Assembly: GCF_037042905.1 (NCBI RefSeq)
Contig: NC_087245.1
Location: 31,994,001-32,058,000, forward strand
Direction of reading: 5' to 3'
DNA: 64,000 nucleotides
From: Lytechinus pictus
Taxonomy: Eukaryota
Positions 62,830 through 64,000 of this stretch are shown one piece after another; position 1 is the stretch's first letter, and the number at the start of each line of letters is the position of its first letter. Under the pieces are notes generated by a model. The model was not told the DNA's origin, did not search any database, and saw nothing but the letters and a program-made list of their open reading frames with translations. Both the position numbers and the translations under genes were made by a program.

Positions 62830-64000
62830 ATAAATGCACATGTTTGGTAATACAAGTCGTTAATACAATAACTCACTACAGATACTTGTAGAAAAGCTTC
62901 AGGGATTTATCAATATAGAATCAAACATCATACAGAAATGAGCTACTACTTTAAAATTCTGATTTGAGATTACATAAAAACGAAATCAAAACAGAACATG
63001 ATATTAATCAAAACAAACACACTGAAGGATCAAGAGATTGATGTTTACTTCTGTAAACGTAAAATATCAAAACTCCACATCACAACAAAAAAGAATCACA
63101 TAACATTAGTGCAAAAAGAGAAGTTTAAACCACTCTAGAGATAAAGTAAGGCAAATTTAATTAGTACAAAAATGGTTTATTATTACAACACATATATTCA
63201 AACATGGATGTACAGAATGGTTTAAAATGGCAGCATATTAAAAGAAAAATTAGTTGAAAAAGTCAGATCTGCATTAGAAAACAAACTCATAATTGTTTAA
63301 AGTATCTTCCTTTTAGTTTAAATTGATTCATAATTTCAATTTCTCTAGTTTTACACCAGTTATAATTTAACTTTCCTTATCCGATAGTTGTTTCTATGAT
63401 TATTCTACAGATGTTTTTTTTTAATTAAATATAGAAAATTAACAATGGGCAACTCTTAAATAAAAAGATATAATATCAATGTATTTAATAATATCGTCTC
63501 TCAGGAAATAGATTTTTTTTCAAATGTTTTTCATACATCAATGATATGATGGTTTGATATCTTCACTACTTATCCTTATGGCCACAATGAAAGTATGGAT
63601 CAATATCATAAATAAGAAATGAAACAAAAGTTATTTGTCTACTATTTACTTTTACTATCCACCTTTATTTCAGATCTAATCAATTTGAAACAAAAAGAAA
63701 ATTTTTGCCTTTGTACAAATATGCAATGACACACATTTTTCCATTCCTGAGCAGATTGTCCATTATGGTTTAATTCCAAACATGAAATATATATGTTTGA
63801 TGATCAAATATCAACCACGTGCATTTCCATGATATATGGAGACCACTCTACAAAATTTTCAGTTCTAAATTCCTCAGATTGAAATTCAATCAAAAGAAAT
63901 TGTCATTGGATACGAGTTCAAAATCAAATCAAAGTTGACTTGAATCTATAGGAAGTCTAATTCAACTCTCAATATGTATTCACCTCAAGAATTGATAGGG

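Noticed and set aside
62877..62958. Additional KCNQ exon ending at a gtgagt donor
   Set aside because: In-frame stop in the frame needed to join the candidate microexon, and no KCNQ motif.

Overview
AT-rich, intron-rich animal genomic DNA. The repeat repertoire resembles echinoderm (sea urchin) genomes, which is an inference. I assembled three protein-coding genes by hand from GT-AG exons with consistent phases. (1) A 5'-truncated class C GPCR of the GABA-B receptor family on + (14 exons, 7061-29884, 633 aa visible). Its Venus-flytrap region has GB1-type ligand residues while its 7TM is GB2-type. (2) A complete 4-exon gene on - (48245-43689, about 308 aa) with an N-myristoylation start and a C-terminus resembling the vertebrate ciliary protein cystin-1. 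(3) The last two coding exons of a KCNQ/Kv7 channel on - (58518-56797). There is also a candidate spliced transcript on - starting near 40.6 kb and running antisense into the GABA-B gene, with one exon duplicated inside a local tandem duplication. Other content: a tRNA-derived element with tandem plus inverted architecture, Helentron/HINE-like elements (one with a matching empty site), a LINE remnant and many MITEs. Most short ORFs in the track are spurious.
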